From Nitrospirota bacterium (GTDB lineage: Bacteria; Nitrospirota; UBA9217): DNA of 64,000 bases. A program made the position numbers and the translations under genes. How positions within the stretch are numbered: position 1 is the stretch's first letter; each line of letters begins with the position of its first letter. Positions 19,034 through 27,898 of the stretch are shown here, in pieces. The notes under the pieces are model-generated. The model ran no database searches, had not been told where the DNA came from, and saw only the letters and a program-made list of their open reading frames with translations. The stretch is from contig OY760142.1 of NCBI GenBank assembly GCA_963663225.1, positions 864,001 to 928,000 on the forward strand, in the 5' to 3' direction.

Positions 19034-20167
19034 ATGAAAAAATCTTTGATTACGGTATGCCTGGTTTTTTCCCTGGCAATTTTGTCATCGAACGCTTCGG
19101 CGCAGATCGTACCGGAGAAATTTTCGATAACGCCCGTCATCGGCGGTTATTCCTTCTATCATGAAACATACTTCAGAGACAATCCCGTGGTCGGCCTGAG
19201 AGCAGGCTACGATATTACCGAGCGATGGGGCGTGGAAGGCGCTTTTGACTATGTGCCGACAACCTTGAAAAACGGAGGCGGCAACGTCAACGTTTTCGGT
19301 TACCGCCTTGACGCATTGTTCCATTTCATGCCGCAGAACAGGCTCGTTCCGTATCTTGCCGCGGGCGTGGGCGGAACAACATCCGACAAATCAGCCGGCA
19401 GCAGAAGCAACGAAACAGACTTTCTGGTTAACTACGGCGGCGGTCTGAAATACTTCCTGACGGAGGCACTGGCGCTCAGGGCGGATGTCCGGAATTTATG
19501 GGTGTTCGACGGCGGCAGGAATGATTGGGAATATACCGTCGGGTTGACATACCTGTTCGGCGGGCCGAAAGCCAAGGCAGCACCGGCTGTTGCCGCTGTT
19601 GTTGATTCCGACAATGACGGTGTGCCCGATGATCAGGACAGGTGCCCCGGCACGCCGAGCGGCGTTGCCGTGGACCGGTATGGATGTCCGTTGGACAGCG
19701 ATAGAGATGGCGTGCCTGATTATCTCGATAAATGCCCCGACACTCCGAAAGGGACGGTCGTAGACAAGAACGGCTGCCCGGTTCCGGAAAAGGCCCCGGC
19801 CGCGAAAGCTCCGGAAAAAATCAGCGTGGCTCTGGAAATCGAGTTTGACACCGCGAAGGCGGACATCAAACCCAAGTATCATGACAAAATAAAGAAAGTG
19901 GCCGACTTTATGACCACGTATCCCGAAACAAAAGCGGTCATTGAAGGTCATACGGACAATGTCGGGAGCGATGCGTCCAACCGCACGCTTTCCACGCGGC
20001 GAGCGGAAAGCGTCAAGAAATACTTGATTGAGAAATTCGGAATCGCTCCTGAACGACTGACTGCCAAAGGCTACGGCCCGTCGAAGCCTATAGCGGACAA
20101 TGCGACCGCGGAAGGAAGGCAGAAAAACCGCCGCATCAACGCAGTCATCGAGACAGTAACACGGTAA
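19034..20167 (+). CDS. OmpA/OprF-like outer membrane protein
   Basis: Signal peptide, beta-barrel N-domain, two DSDxDGVPD..CP repeats, OmpA C-domain (IEGHTDNVG..LSTRRA..GRQKNRR). Confidence 0.93.
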   Translation: MKKSLITVCLVFSLAILSSNASAQIVPEKFSITPVIGGYSFYHETYFRDNPVVGLRAGYDITERWGVEGAFDYVPTTLKNGGGNVNVFGYRLDALFHFMPQNRLVPYLAAGVGGTTSDKSAGSRSNETDFLVNYGGGLKYFLTEALALRADVRNLWVFDGGRNDWEYTVGLTYLFGGPKAKAAPAVAAVVDSDNDGVPDDQDRCPGTPSGVAVDRYGCPLDSDRDGVPDYLDKCPDTPKGTVVDKNGCPVPEKAPAAKAPEKISVALEIEFDTAKADIKPKYHDKIKKVADFMTTYPETKAVIEGHTDNVGSDASNRTLSTRRAESVKKYLIEKFGIAPERLTAKGYGPSKPIADNATAEGRQKNRRINAVIETVTR

Positions 20168-20179
20168 CAACATTTTCGT

Positions 20180-20217
20180 AAAAAAGCCGGATGGCGGAAA
20201 GCCACCCGGCTTTTTTT
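20180..20217. terminator. Bidirectional intrinsic terminator
   Basis: AAAAAAGCCGG-ATGGC-GGAAA-GCCA-CCCGGC-TTTTTTT between convergent ompA and nrdJ. Confidence 0.85.
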
Positions 20218-20261
20218 GTTTCGGAGAGGGCCATGAAATTACTATTTTCTTCAGGCGGCTC

Positions 20262-22007
20262 TCAGCAATACAGCGGGTCCGCGCACGTGAGCACCTGACC
20301 GCTCCTGCTGCCGCTCCTGAAAATCGTGATGCCTTTTACTCCTTCCCTGTATGCAAGAAGATACGCCTGCCGCACATCCTCCCGGGTGGCCTTCTGCGGA
20401 AAATTAATGGTCTTTGACACAGCGTTGTCAGTATGGCGCTGGAACGCCGCCTGCATGCGGACATGCCACGCAGGTGCGATGTCAAAAGCAGTCACAAACA
20501 CACGCTGCACGTCTTCCGGCACCCCGGCAATGCTCCGGAGAGGCGCGCCCGCGGCAATGCGCATTAAAAGTTCATTGCTGTAGAATCCTCTCTCTTTCGC
20601 CGTATCAAGAAAGAACCTGTTCACTTCAGGCAGCATGAGATCACCGAGAATATGCCGCTCGAACGACAGGGCAAACAGCGGCTCAATGCCGCTTGAACAA
20701 CCCGCAATGATCGAAAGAGTGCCCGTGGGCGCGACCGTGGTCACGGTGGCGTTCCGAAGCTTCGGCCCTCCTTTGCGGTCATACATGCTCCCCCGGTAAT
20801 TCGGAAATACGCCCCGTTCCAGAGCGAGCTTTTCCGACATCTCCCGTCCTTTTTCCTGTACAAACTTCATTATCATTTCGCCGGTCTGCAGCGCTTCCTC
20901 GGAATCATACGGAATACCGAGCCTGATCAGCACGTCGGCAAAACCCATAACCCCGAGCCCGATTTTACGGTTGCCTTTTGCCATGCGGTCAATCTGGTCC
21001 AGCGGGTACCTGCTCATGTCGATTACATTATCAAGAAAATGGACCGCGGTCCGCACAGACCGGCCGAGTTTGTCCCAGTCTATTTCACCAACGCCGCTTT
21101 TGGTTTTTACCATGAGGCTGAGATTGATTGAGCCCAGATTGCACGGCTCGTACGCGAGCAGCGGCTGCTCACCGCATGGATTCGTGCTCTCCATTTCCCC
21201 GAGCTGCGGCGTGGGGTTGTCGCGGTTTACGCGGTCGAGGAAAATGACGCCCGGATCACCGTTCTGCCAGGCCATATCCACAATTTTATCGAAAACAGCC
21301 CTGGCCTTCAGCTGATTGACTTTTCTCCGGTTCGCCGGATTGATAAGCACCAGGTCTCTGTCCTCTTCCACCAGACGCATAAACTCTTCCGTGATCGCGA
21401 CGGAAATATTAAAATTAGAAAGCTCTTTGTTGTTTGCCTTGGCCGAAATAAATTCCAGAATGTCCGGATGGTCCACGCTCAGGATGCCCATGTTGGCCCC
21501 CCGACGCGCGCCGCCCTGCTTGATCACTTCCGTGGTGGCGTTAAACACCCGCATGAACGAAACCGGCCCGCTTGCGACACCGCCGGTTGTGCGAACGGTA
21601 TCATTTTTCGGCCGCAGGTGGCTGAATGAAAAACCGGTCCCGCCGCCGCTCTGGTGGATGAGGGCTGTATTCTTTACGCTCTCGAAAATAGATTCAAGAG
21701 AATCTTCAATCGGAAGGACGAAGCAGGCCGCGAGCTGCTGAAGAGGACGACCCGCGTTCATCAGGGTCGGTGAATTCGGCAGAAATTCGAGGCAGGACAT
21801 GATGTGGAAAAACTCTTCTTCTGTCGTGTGGACGTCCGCGTGGTCGTGATATATCAAGTCCGCCTGGGCGATGTTGGCCGCCACCCGCCGAAACATCTCC
21901 TCCGGCGTCTCGATCACACTGCCCTGCTCGTCTTTCTTGAGATACCTTCGGGCAAGAACAGTCAGCGCGTTCTGCGGCAATTGTGTATTAGGCGTTTCGA
22001 GTGCCAT
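20262..22007 (-). CDS. nrdJ: Adenosylcobalamin-dependent (class II) ribonucleotide reductase
   Basis: FLPNSPTLMNAG, AACFV, GGGTG, RRGANM, TNPCGEQPL, APTGT, KGITIFR, C-terminal Cys pair; start at MALETP. Confidence 0.92.
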   Translation of the reverse strand: MALETPNTQLPQNALTVLARRYLKKDEQGSVIETPEEMFRRVAANIAQADLIYHDHADVHTTEEEFFHIMSCLEFLPNSPTLMNAGRPLQQLAACFVLPIEDSLESIFESVKNTALIHQSGGGTGFSFSHLRPKNDTVRTTGGVASGPVSFMRVFNATTEVIKQGGARRGANMGILSVDHPDILEFISAKANNKELSNFNISVAITEEFMRLVEEDRDLVLINPANRRKVNQLKARAVFDKIVDMAWQNGDPGVIFLDRVNRDNPTPQLGEMESTNPCGEQPLLAYEPCNLGSINLSLMVKTKSGVGEIDWDKLGRSVRTAVHFLDNVIDMSRYPLDQIDRMAKGNRKIGLGVMGFADVLIRLGIPYDSEEALQTGEMIMKFVQEKGREMSEKLALERGVFPNYRGSMYDRKGGPKLRNATVTTVAPTGTLSIIAGCSSGIEPLFALSFERHILGDLMLPEVNRFFLDTAKERGFYSNELLMRIAAGAPLRSIAGVPEDVQRVFVTAFDIAPAWHVRMQAAFQRHTDNAVSKTINFPQKATREDVRQAYLLAYREGVKGITIFRSGSRSGQVLTCADPLYC

Positions 22008-22314
22008 GTCCTCTGCTCCTGAATATATTGTAGCACTATAATTCGCGAGCGCTAATCCTATAATCGCCTCCAAGCTTAAAATAATATTAAACTGCATTAA
22101 AATGTTATCCTTCGCTCCCCACAATTGCGCTTGTTTCAAAAAAACTATTCCATATTTTAAATATTAGCCGTTTTCTAATGTCTCGTAAATTCAACAAATA
22201 CGACAAAATCTTTCTTAAATTCATTGACCATTATTTCAATTCTATGCTATATTTTTGAAGAGCTAATATCTATTTACATCTCAAACTGCATTGAATCAAT
22301 ATAAGGAGTTACGC

Positions 22315-23820
22315 ATGCCTACTCAGAAATGGCTTCTTCTATTTTGCATCGCAATTTTAGTTATTCAGGTATCTGCATGTACTGGCTCCTCTTCAACAAG
22401 TGGCGTTCTGCAAAACAGTGCTCCTTCCGTTGCTTCCACGGCTCCTTCTACAAGTGAAACATCTGTTACCCTTTCAACGGCCATTACTGTCACCTTCAGC
22501 AAAAACATCGACCCCGCCACGATTAATTCTGCTTCTTTTTCTCTAAAAGAAGCGCGAACATCTGTAATAATAAGTGGGAGTATAATTCTTAATGGCCGTA
22601 CAGCAACATTTACTCCTTTGAATGGCCTTTCAGCCGATACTACCTACATTGTTACCATTACGTCCGGCATCAAAGATTTGGTCGGAAACAACCTATCGAA
22701 TAACTATAGTTGGAGATTCAGTACAGGTCCTTTTAATAATTCTAATTTATTTTCTTCCTTCCTCTTAATTCCAACTGGATCCAAACCCGAGGCAGTTGCC
22801 ATCGGTGATGTAACTGGTGATGGAAAAAATGATGTCGTCATGACAACTTCTTTTTTTTATAACCCTACCACAGATTACAAGCTGATCGTCTTTGCACAAA
22901 ACGCTTTGGGTGGCCTTAATAATGCAGTTACCTATACGACAAGCGGGTCAGGAGGACAATATCCTTCATCAGTTGCTATCGGCGATATCAACAATGACGG
23001 AAAGAACGAGGTCGTTATAGGTAATAATGGGCTCAATATCGAGGTATTCGTGCAGGATGGTTCAGGTGGTCTTATCTCGAGCGCCATTTATACAACGGTT
23101 AATTCTGAGAGAATTAGAATCGTCGACCTGAATAATGATGGACGCCTCGATGTGGTCGGTGTTGGATACAATACCAGTACCGTAGATGTTTTTTATCAAA
23201 ATTCCGGCGGGACCCTAAATCCCCCAGTGATATATAATGTAACCCATGATGGTATTGAAGATCTGAAAGTTGGAGATGTGAACAATGACGGATTGACGGA
23301 TATAATAATAATGAACGGCCGATCATACCCTACACAAATCGCAATAATGACCCAAAGGTCTGGGACCTTTGAGGTGCCTGTTTATTACAATTTCGGCGAC
23401 GTATTCCCAGGTGGCGTGGCGGTCGGAGACGTGACAGGTGATGGTAAACAAGATGTTGTCGTCACTTATGGTGGCAACTTTGGCCGCATTGATGTTTTTG
23501 CTCAGAACAGCATAGGCTCCTTAAATACTGCAATTACTTATTCTTCGTATGATATACCTGAACCTGTCGAAATCGCTGATATTAACGCTGATGGAAAATC
23601 GGACGTTATTGTTCTCCATGCTGGATTTAATGCTATGGGGGTGTATATACAAAATTCAGATGGAACACTAAAGAGTGAAGAACTCTATCCTATAGCGCGT
23701 GCATCGCATTATAACCCTCACGGATTAGCCGTGGGTGATATCAATGGAGATGGATTGCCAGATGTTGTATTTGCATCTAGCGATAATGTTAGCGGTCTGG
23801 TTATTTTATATCACAAGTAA
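22315..23820 (+). CDS. Lipoprotein with Ig-like (Big_5/SbsA-type) domain and FG-GAP beta-propeller
   Basis: Lipobox-like VSAC, ITVTFSKNIDPATIN Ig-like domain, about 7 repeats of AIGD(V/I)xxDGxxDVV; visibly AT-rich; AAGGAG SD. Confidence 0.88.
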   Translation: MPTQKWLLLFCIAILVIQVSACTGSSSTSGVLQNSAPSVASTAPSTSETSVTLSTAITVTFSKNIDPATINSASFSLKEARTSVIISGSIILNGRTATFTPLNGLSADTTYIVTITSGIKDLVGNNLSNNYSWRFSTGPFNNSNLFSSFLLIPTGSKPEAVAIGDVTGDGKNDVVMTTSFFYNPTTDYKLIVFAQNALGGLNNAVTYTTSGSGGQYPSSVAIGDINNDGKNEVVIGNNGLNIEVFVQDGSGGLISSAIYTTVNSERIRIVDLNNDGRLDVVGVGYNTSTVDVFYQNSGGTLNPPVIYNVTHDGIEDLKVGDVNNDGLTDIIIMNGRSYPTQIAIMTQRSGTFEVPVYYNFGDVFPGGVAVGDVTGDGKQDVVVTYGGNFGRIDVFAQNSIGSLNTAITYSSYDIPEPVEIADINADGKSDVIVLHAGFNAMGVYIQNSDGTLKSEELYPIARASHYNPHGLAVGDINGDGLPDVVFASSDNVSGLVILYHK

Positions 23821-23925
23821 TTTTTATATTACAAGGATAGCATGTCTTTATTCAAGAGTTGTATTTTATAATCACCAAAAATTTTTTTGTGGGCCTGGGA
23901 GAACAAGATGAGTGCAACAAATACA

Positions 23926-23980
23926 CTCTAACCTGTCGCTCCACGCCAATCACTTGTGGCGCGTGAACTCCGCGTTCTTC
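23926..23980 (+). mobile_element. Solo attC-like integron recombination site
   Basis: CTCTAAC-5 nt-GCTCCACG...CGTGAAC-5 nt-GTT, 55 bp, with R''/L''/L'/R' geometry and an extra C in L''. Confidence 0.55.
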
Positions 23981-24056
23981 CCCTTCTTCTCTTGAACAGA
24001 AACCAGATAGTTCAAAGTATACTCCCCACCTCTTACTACTCATGAACTATTAAATA

Positions 24057-24084
24057 AAAAGCCCCGAATCGCTTCGGGGCTTTT
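24057..24084. terminator. Bidirectional intrinsic terminator
   Basis: AAAAGCCCCGAA-TCGC-TTCGGGGCTTTT downstream of rsmB. Confidence 0.85.
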
Positions 24085-24124
24085 GAAATTATCGTCCATG
24101 ATTTTTTCAATCAAGGCTCATCCA

Positions 24125-25465
24125 TCACGCTTTCCTAATCAATCGCGCTCCAAAAAAACCGTCCATCTCAGGGGCAATCGGGTATGAATGAAAAAAACCA
24201 TTTTCATTCACCAGCTTGGCCGCTGTTTCAGGCAAATGCGCGGCCGGAGCATCGAGCGAAAAATTCCCTCCACTCCTGGAAAGGAATTGTTCAATGACTG
24301 ACTCGTTCTCTTCCGGCTCAGTCGAGCAGGTCGCGTAGACAAGCGCTCCGCCGGGTTTGAGAAGATCCGCGCAGTTTTTAAGAACCAGTTTTTGCTTTGC
24401 CTGATACTCCTCGAACAGGCCTTCCTTTTTGCACCACCGTCCGTCAGGATGGCGGCGCAGCACTCCGAGGCCTGAACAGGGCGCATCAACCAGAATTTTG
24501 TCGAATGTGCCCTTCCGGTACCGTGACGCATCGCCCAGCATCGGGGTGACGATCCGTGTCCCGAGCCTTCCGCTGTTTTCGAGTATTCTCTGGAGCCGGT
24601 CGCGGCTGTTGTCCAGCGCAATCAGCGTTCCTTCGTTTTGCATGATCTCGGCAAGATGGGTCGCCTTGCCGCCGGGCGCGGCGCAGGCGTCAAGCACGAC
24701 ATCTCCCGGCCGGGGGTCGAGCATCATGCTGATCAACTGCGCTGCCTGGTCCTGCACCATGAACCAGCCTTGCTGAAAAGCCGTGAGCGTATGCAGGCCG
24801 GGCGAGGAAACAAGATCAAGGCCGACAGGCGAATAGCTTGTTTCCGCGACCTCCGCGCCTTCGCTCATGAGCGACGCTTTCAATTCGTCCCGTGTTGCCT
24901 TCAGGAGATTTGTCCGTATGGTAAGAGGCGCGGGCAGGTTGTTTTTCTGAAGGAGCAATTCCGTCTTCCCGGCGCCGAACCGGCTGGTCCATCGTTTGAC
25001 CAGCCATTCCGGATGCGAATACAAGACTGACAACTGTTTTTCTGTATTGCCGGAATCCGGATACGAAATCGTACCGCGTTTGCGGTCCAGATTTCTGAGC
25101 AGACCGTTCACATATCCGTTTTTCTTCCCATATCGTTTGGCAAGCTCCACCGACGTGTTTACTGCAGCGCTTGTCGGCACCCTGTCCAGGAAAAGCATCT
25201 GATAGGCGCCGAGCCGCAGGATATTTCGGGTCAAGGCGTCGGTCCTGTTGACCGGCTGCGCGGAAAACTGGTTCAGAATCCAGTCAAGCCGCTCGCGGTT
25301 CCTGAGCACTCCATACACAAGCTCACAGATGAACGCGCTGTCCCTGCCATCAAAGGTTTGGCGCGTCCTGTCGAGCAGGACGTCGGCAAACACTCCGGCT
25401 TCGCTGTTCTCTAGTATTTCGAGCGCTTTTTCTCTGGGTTTATCGATGGGTGGCACGGGGTTCAC
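24125..25465 (-). CDS. rsmB: 16S rRNA m5C967 methyltransferase RsmB (Sun)
   Basis: NusB-like N-domain, VQD, LDACAAPGGKA, ILVDAPCSGLG, YATCS..EENE. Probable GTG start (approximate). Confidence 0.93.
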   Translation of the reverse strand: MNPVPPIDKPREKALEILENSEAGVFADVLLDRTRQTFDGRDSAFICELVYGVLRNRERLDWILNQFSAQPVNRTDALTRNILRLGAYQMLFLDRVPTSAAVNTSVELAKRYGKKNGYVNGLLRNLDRKRGTISYPDSGNTEKQLSVLYSHPEWLVKRWTSRFGAGKTELLLQKNNLPAPLTIRTNLLKATRDELKASLMSEGAEVAETSYSPVGLDLVSSPGLHTLTAFQQGWFMVQDQAAQLISMMLDPRPGDVVLDACAAPGGKATHLAEIMQNEGTLIALDNSRDRLQRILENSGRLGTRIVTPMLGDASRYRKGTFDKILVDAPCSGLGVLRRHPDGRWCKKEGLFEEYQAKQKLVLKNCADLLKPGGALVYATCSTEPEENESVIEQFLSRSGGNFSLDAPAAHLPETAAKLVNENGFFHSYPIAPEMDGFFGARLIRKA

Positions 25466-26219
25466 ACAGGCCGCTTGCAAGGAATTCGAGCGCGTCTGCA
25501 ACTTTCTGGATGTCCACGCTCGTATTGAAGCACGGGCCGAAGGGGCGGTCATTCAAAATTCCGATGACGGGAAGCGGGTAAGCGTCCTGGATGCCGCTGG
25601 TCAGGTCCCGCTCGCACGCAACGGCAATGATCGCCTCCGGTCTGGTCTCGGTGATCTTTCTCCGCGCGAGCGTTCCTCCGGTCGCAATGGAAAGGTCTAC
25701 ATTATGCTTCTGTGCAAGTTCAACGAGATCGCCGATCCCGCACCTGCCGCAGGCCCGGCATTTTGAGGCATCATTCGTGATTTTGACCTCACAGTCGCTG
25801 AACTGCAGGCAATGCGGCATGAGCAGCAGAATGCGTTTCGGCTTTTTGCCGCTGCACTTCGCACGCACCAGCAGATTGTTCACTTCAACGAAGGACTGCT
25901 GCACCCTGTCCCGGGACATACCCAGGAATCTGCCTGCAAAAATCATCAGCGGGAACAGAACTCCGATTACGATGCCCCTGAGTTTCCCGGCAAACAGGAC
26001 CTCCCTGCCGCGGACAAGCGTGAGAACCAGCAGGCCGACGCCGAGGACCAGCGCGCCGACCACAACACCCATGGTTATGAGCAGGATTTTGGGAGCAAGC
26101 GGATGTATGTTCTGAAGCCCCACGTAGGGGATCAGATACAGCCCCGCCGCGGCCCCTACGATCAGGGCCATCGTGAACATGATAAGCAGAATGAATGTTG
26201 TTTTTTTTGATACCGCCAT
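25440..26219 (-). CDS. DUF116 family membrane protein
   Basis: LLMPHCLQ..C..CRACGRC, ATGGTLAR, AVACERDL, GPCFNT; usual position between fmt and rsmB. Confidence 0.85.
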   Translation of the reverse strand: MAVSKKTTFILLIMFTMALIVGAAAGLYLIPYVGLQNIHPLAPKILLITMGVVVGALVLGVGLLVLTLVRGREVLFAGKLRGIVIGVLFPLMIFAGRFLGMSRDRVQQSFVEVNNLLVRAKCSGKKPKRILLLMPHCLQFSDCEVKITNDASKCRACGRCGIGDLVELAQKHNVDLSIATGGTLARRKITETRPEAIIAVACERDLTSGIQDAYPLPVIGILNDRPFGPCFNTSVDIQKVADALEFLASGLCEPRATHR

Positions 26220-26253
26220 GGTGAATGACCTTAAATCAGGAATACTGCATGCA

Positions 26254-27183
26254 TCAGGTGTTGCTGAATTTTTTTCCTGCCAGACCCCGGTGCCCGCGTG
26301 TGAACTCCGCCGCAGTCATCGGTTTCTTGCCTTCCGGCTGAATGCTCAGGATGCGAAGCAGGCCGCTCCCTGTTCCGGTTTCGAGAATGTTTTTCTCCCG
26401 GACATACAACAGCCCCGCTTCCCCCGTGCCGGACGCCGCCTCGGCCGCAAGAATTTTGTGAATCTTTCCGTCTAGGAAACTGTACGCTCCGGGCCAGGGT
26501 GAAAAACCCCGCACTCTGTTCCGTATTTCAACCGCGGAAAGCGTCCAGTCGATGATGCCGTTCTCCTTTTTGAGAAGCGGTGCCAGGGTTGCTTGTGAAG
26601 CGTCCTGCGCCGTGGGGACAAGATTTCCGGATACAAGAAGTTGCAATGCTGTTGTAATCATGCGGGCGCCGAGCAAGGAAAGCTTTTCTGACAGCGTGCC
26701 CGCGGTGTCGGCATCTTCGATCAGGATCCGCTCCTGGGTCAGAATCGCGCCCGTGTCCATCCCTTCGTCCATCTGCATAATGGTCACGCCCGATTCTTTC
26801 TCTCCCCGCACAATCGCCCAGTTGATTGGGGCCGCGCCTCGGTAGCGGGGCAGAAGCGACGCGTGAATGTTCAGACATCCGAATTTCGGCAGGGTTAAAA
26901 TGTCCTTCGGCAGAATCTGTCCGTATGCGGCCACAATAATCGCCTCGGGAGCAAGCAAGCGCAGTTGCTCCACAAACGCCGCGTCCCGCACACGTCCCGG
27001 CTGCAGTACCGGAAGCCCCCTGTCGATTGCAACACGTTTGACCGGCGGAGCGGCAAGCGTTTTTCCCCTGCCGACCGGCTTGTCGGCCCGCGTGACCACG
27101 CCGGCGATCTCATGCCCCGCTTCTGCCAGAGCCTGAAGTGGTGGTACGGCAAACTGCGGCGTACCCATGTAGACAAGTCTCAT
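26254..27183 (-). CDS. fmt: Methionyl-tRNA formyltransferase
   Basis: YMGTPQFA, NIHASLLPRYRGAAPI, MDEGMDTG, RGFSPWPG. Confidence 0.97.
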   Translation of the reverse strand: MRLVYMGTPQFAVPPLQALAEAGHEIAGVVTRADKPVGRGKTLAAPPVKRVAIDRGLPVLQPGRVRDAAFVEQLRLLAPEAIIVAAYGQILPKDILTLPKFGCLNIHASLLPRYRGAAPINWAIVRGEKESGVTIMQMDEGMDTGAILTQERILIEDADTAGTLSEKLSLLGARMITTALQLLVSGNLVPTAQDASQATLAPLLKKENGIIDWTLSAVEIRNRVRGFSPWPGAYSFLDGKIHKILAAEAASGTGEAGLLYVREKNILETGTGSGLLRILSIQPEGKKPMTAAEFTRGHRGLAGKKFSNT

Positions 27184-27283
27184 GCGGCAACCCTTTCCTG
27201 CCTTCGGTCATGCACAGGTGCCGGAGAAACTCCTGCTCTCCCTAAGTCAGAAAATGCCGTCCGCCGGAGCGGTCAAAAACCGG

Positions 27284-27808
27284 CTATTCCTGTTCAGCCT
27301 GTGCTCTTCTGTGCCGCCGTTTAAAAATATTTTTTTTCAGAGGACTCAGCCTGTCTATGTACAACAGCCCGTTTAAATGGTCGATTTCATGCTGCAGGGC
27401 TTTTGCCAGCAGGCCTTCTGCTTCAATTTCGAAAGGTTTGCCGGTGCGGTCCTGGGCGCGCACCCGTATCTTCGCGGCGCGCTTCACTTTTTCAGAGTAT
27501 TCGGGTATGCTTAGGCACCCCTCGTCTTCGACGATGGAGCCTTCCAGGGAAAGCACCTCAGGATTGATAATGACAAGCAGATCGTGCGGGTTTTCGCTTT
27601 CATCTTCATCCTGCACTCCCAGATCGATCACGGCAAGCTGGACCGGCTCTCCCACCTGGTTGGCGGCAAGACCGACACCGGGTGCGGCGCGCATGGTTTC
27701 CACCATATCTTCGATAAGACCATTGAGAGAATCATCTATGTGCTCGATGCAGACCGTTTTTTTTCTGAGCACAGGGTCGGGATATTTGCGGATTTCGCGG
27801 AGTGCCAT
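27284..27808 (-). CDS. def: Peptide deformylase
   Basis: GVGLAANQ, EGCLSIP, QHEIDHLNG. Confidence 0.97.
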   Translation of the reverse strand: MALREIRKYPDPVLRKKTVCIEHIDDSLNGLIEDMVETMRAAPGVGLAANQVGEPVQLAVIDLGVQDEDESENPHDLLVIINPEVLSLEGSIVEDEGCLSIPEYSEKVKRAAKIRVRAQDRTGKPFEIEAEGLLAKALQHEIDHLNGLLYIDRLSPLKKNIFKRRHRRAQAEQE

Positions 27809-27898
27809 AACCATATGTAACATGATTTATATTTAAAATCAAGGCATAAGATGCTATGAGGTGTTGACACCCTCCTGATCTTTGTGGTATTTTTATCC

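Noticed and set aside
22018-22033. NrdR-box-like CTACAATATATTCAGG upstream of nrdJ
   Set aside because: It mismatches at the conserved G and I found no second tandem box, so it is too weak to call.
23852-24043. 63-aa minus-strand ORF across the attC-like site
   Set aside because: No SD or motifs; it likely arises by chance in non-coding DNA.
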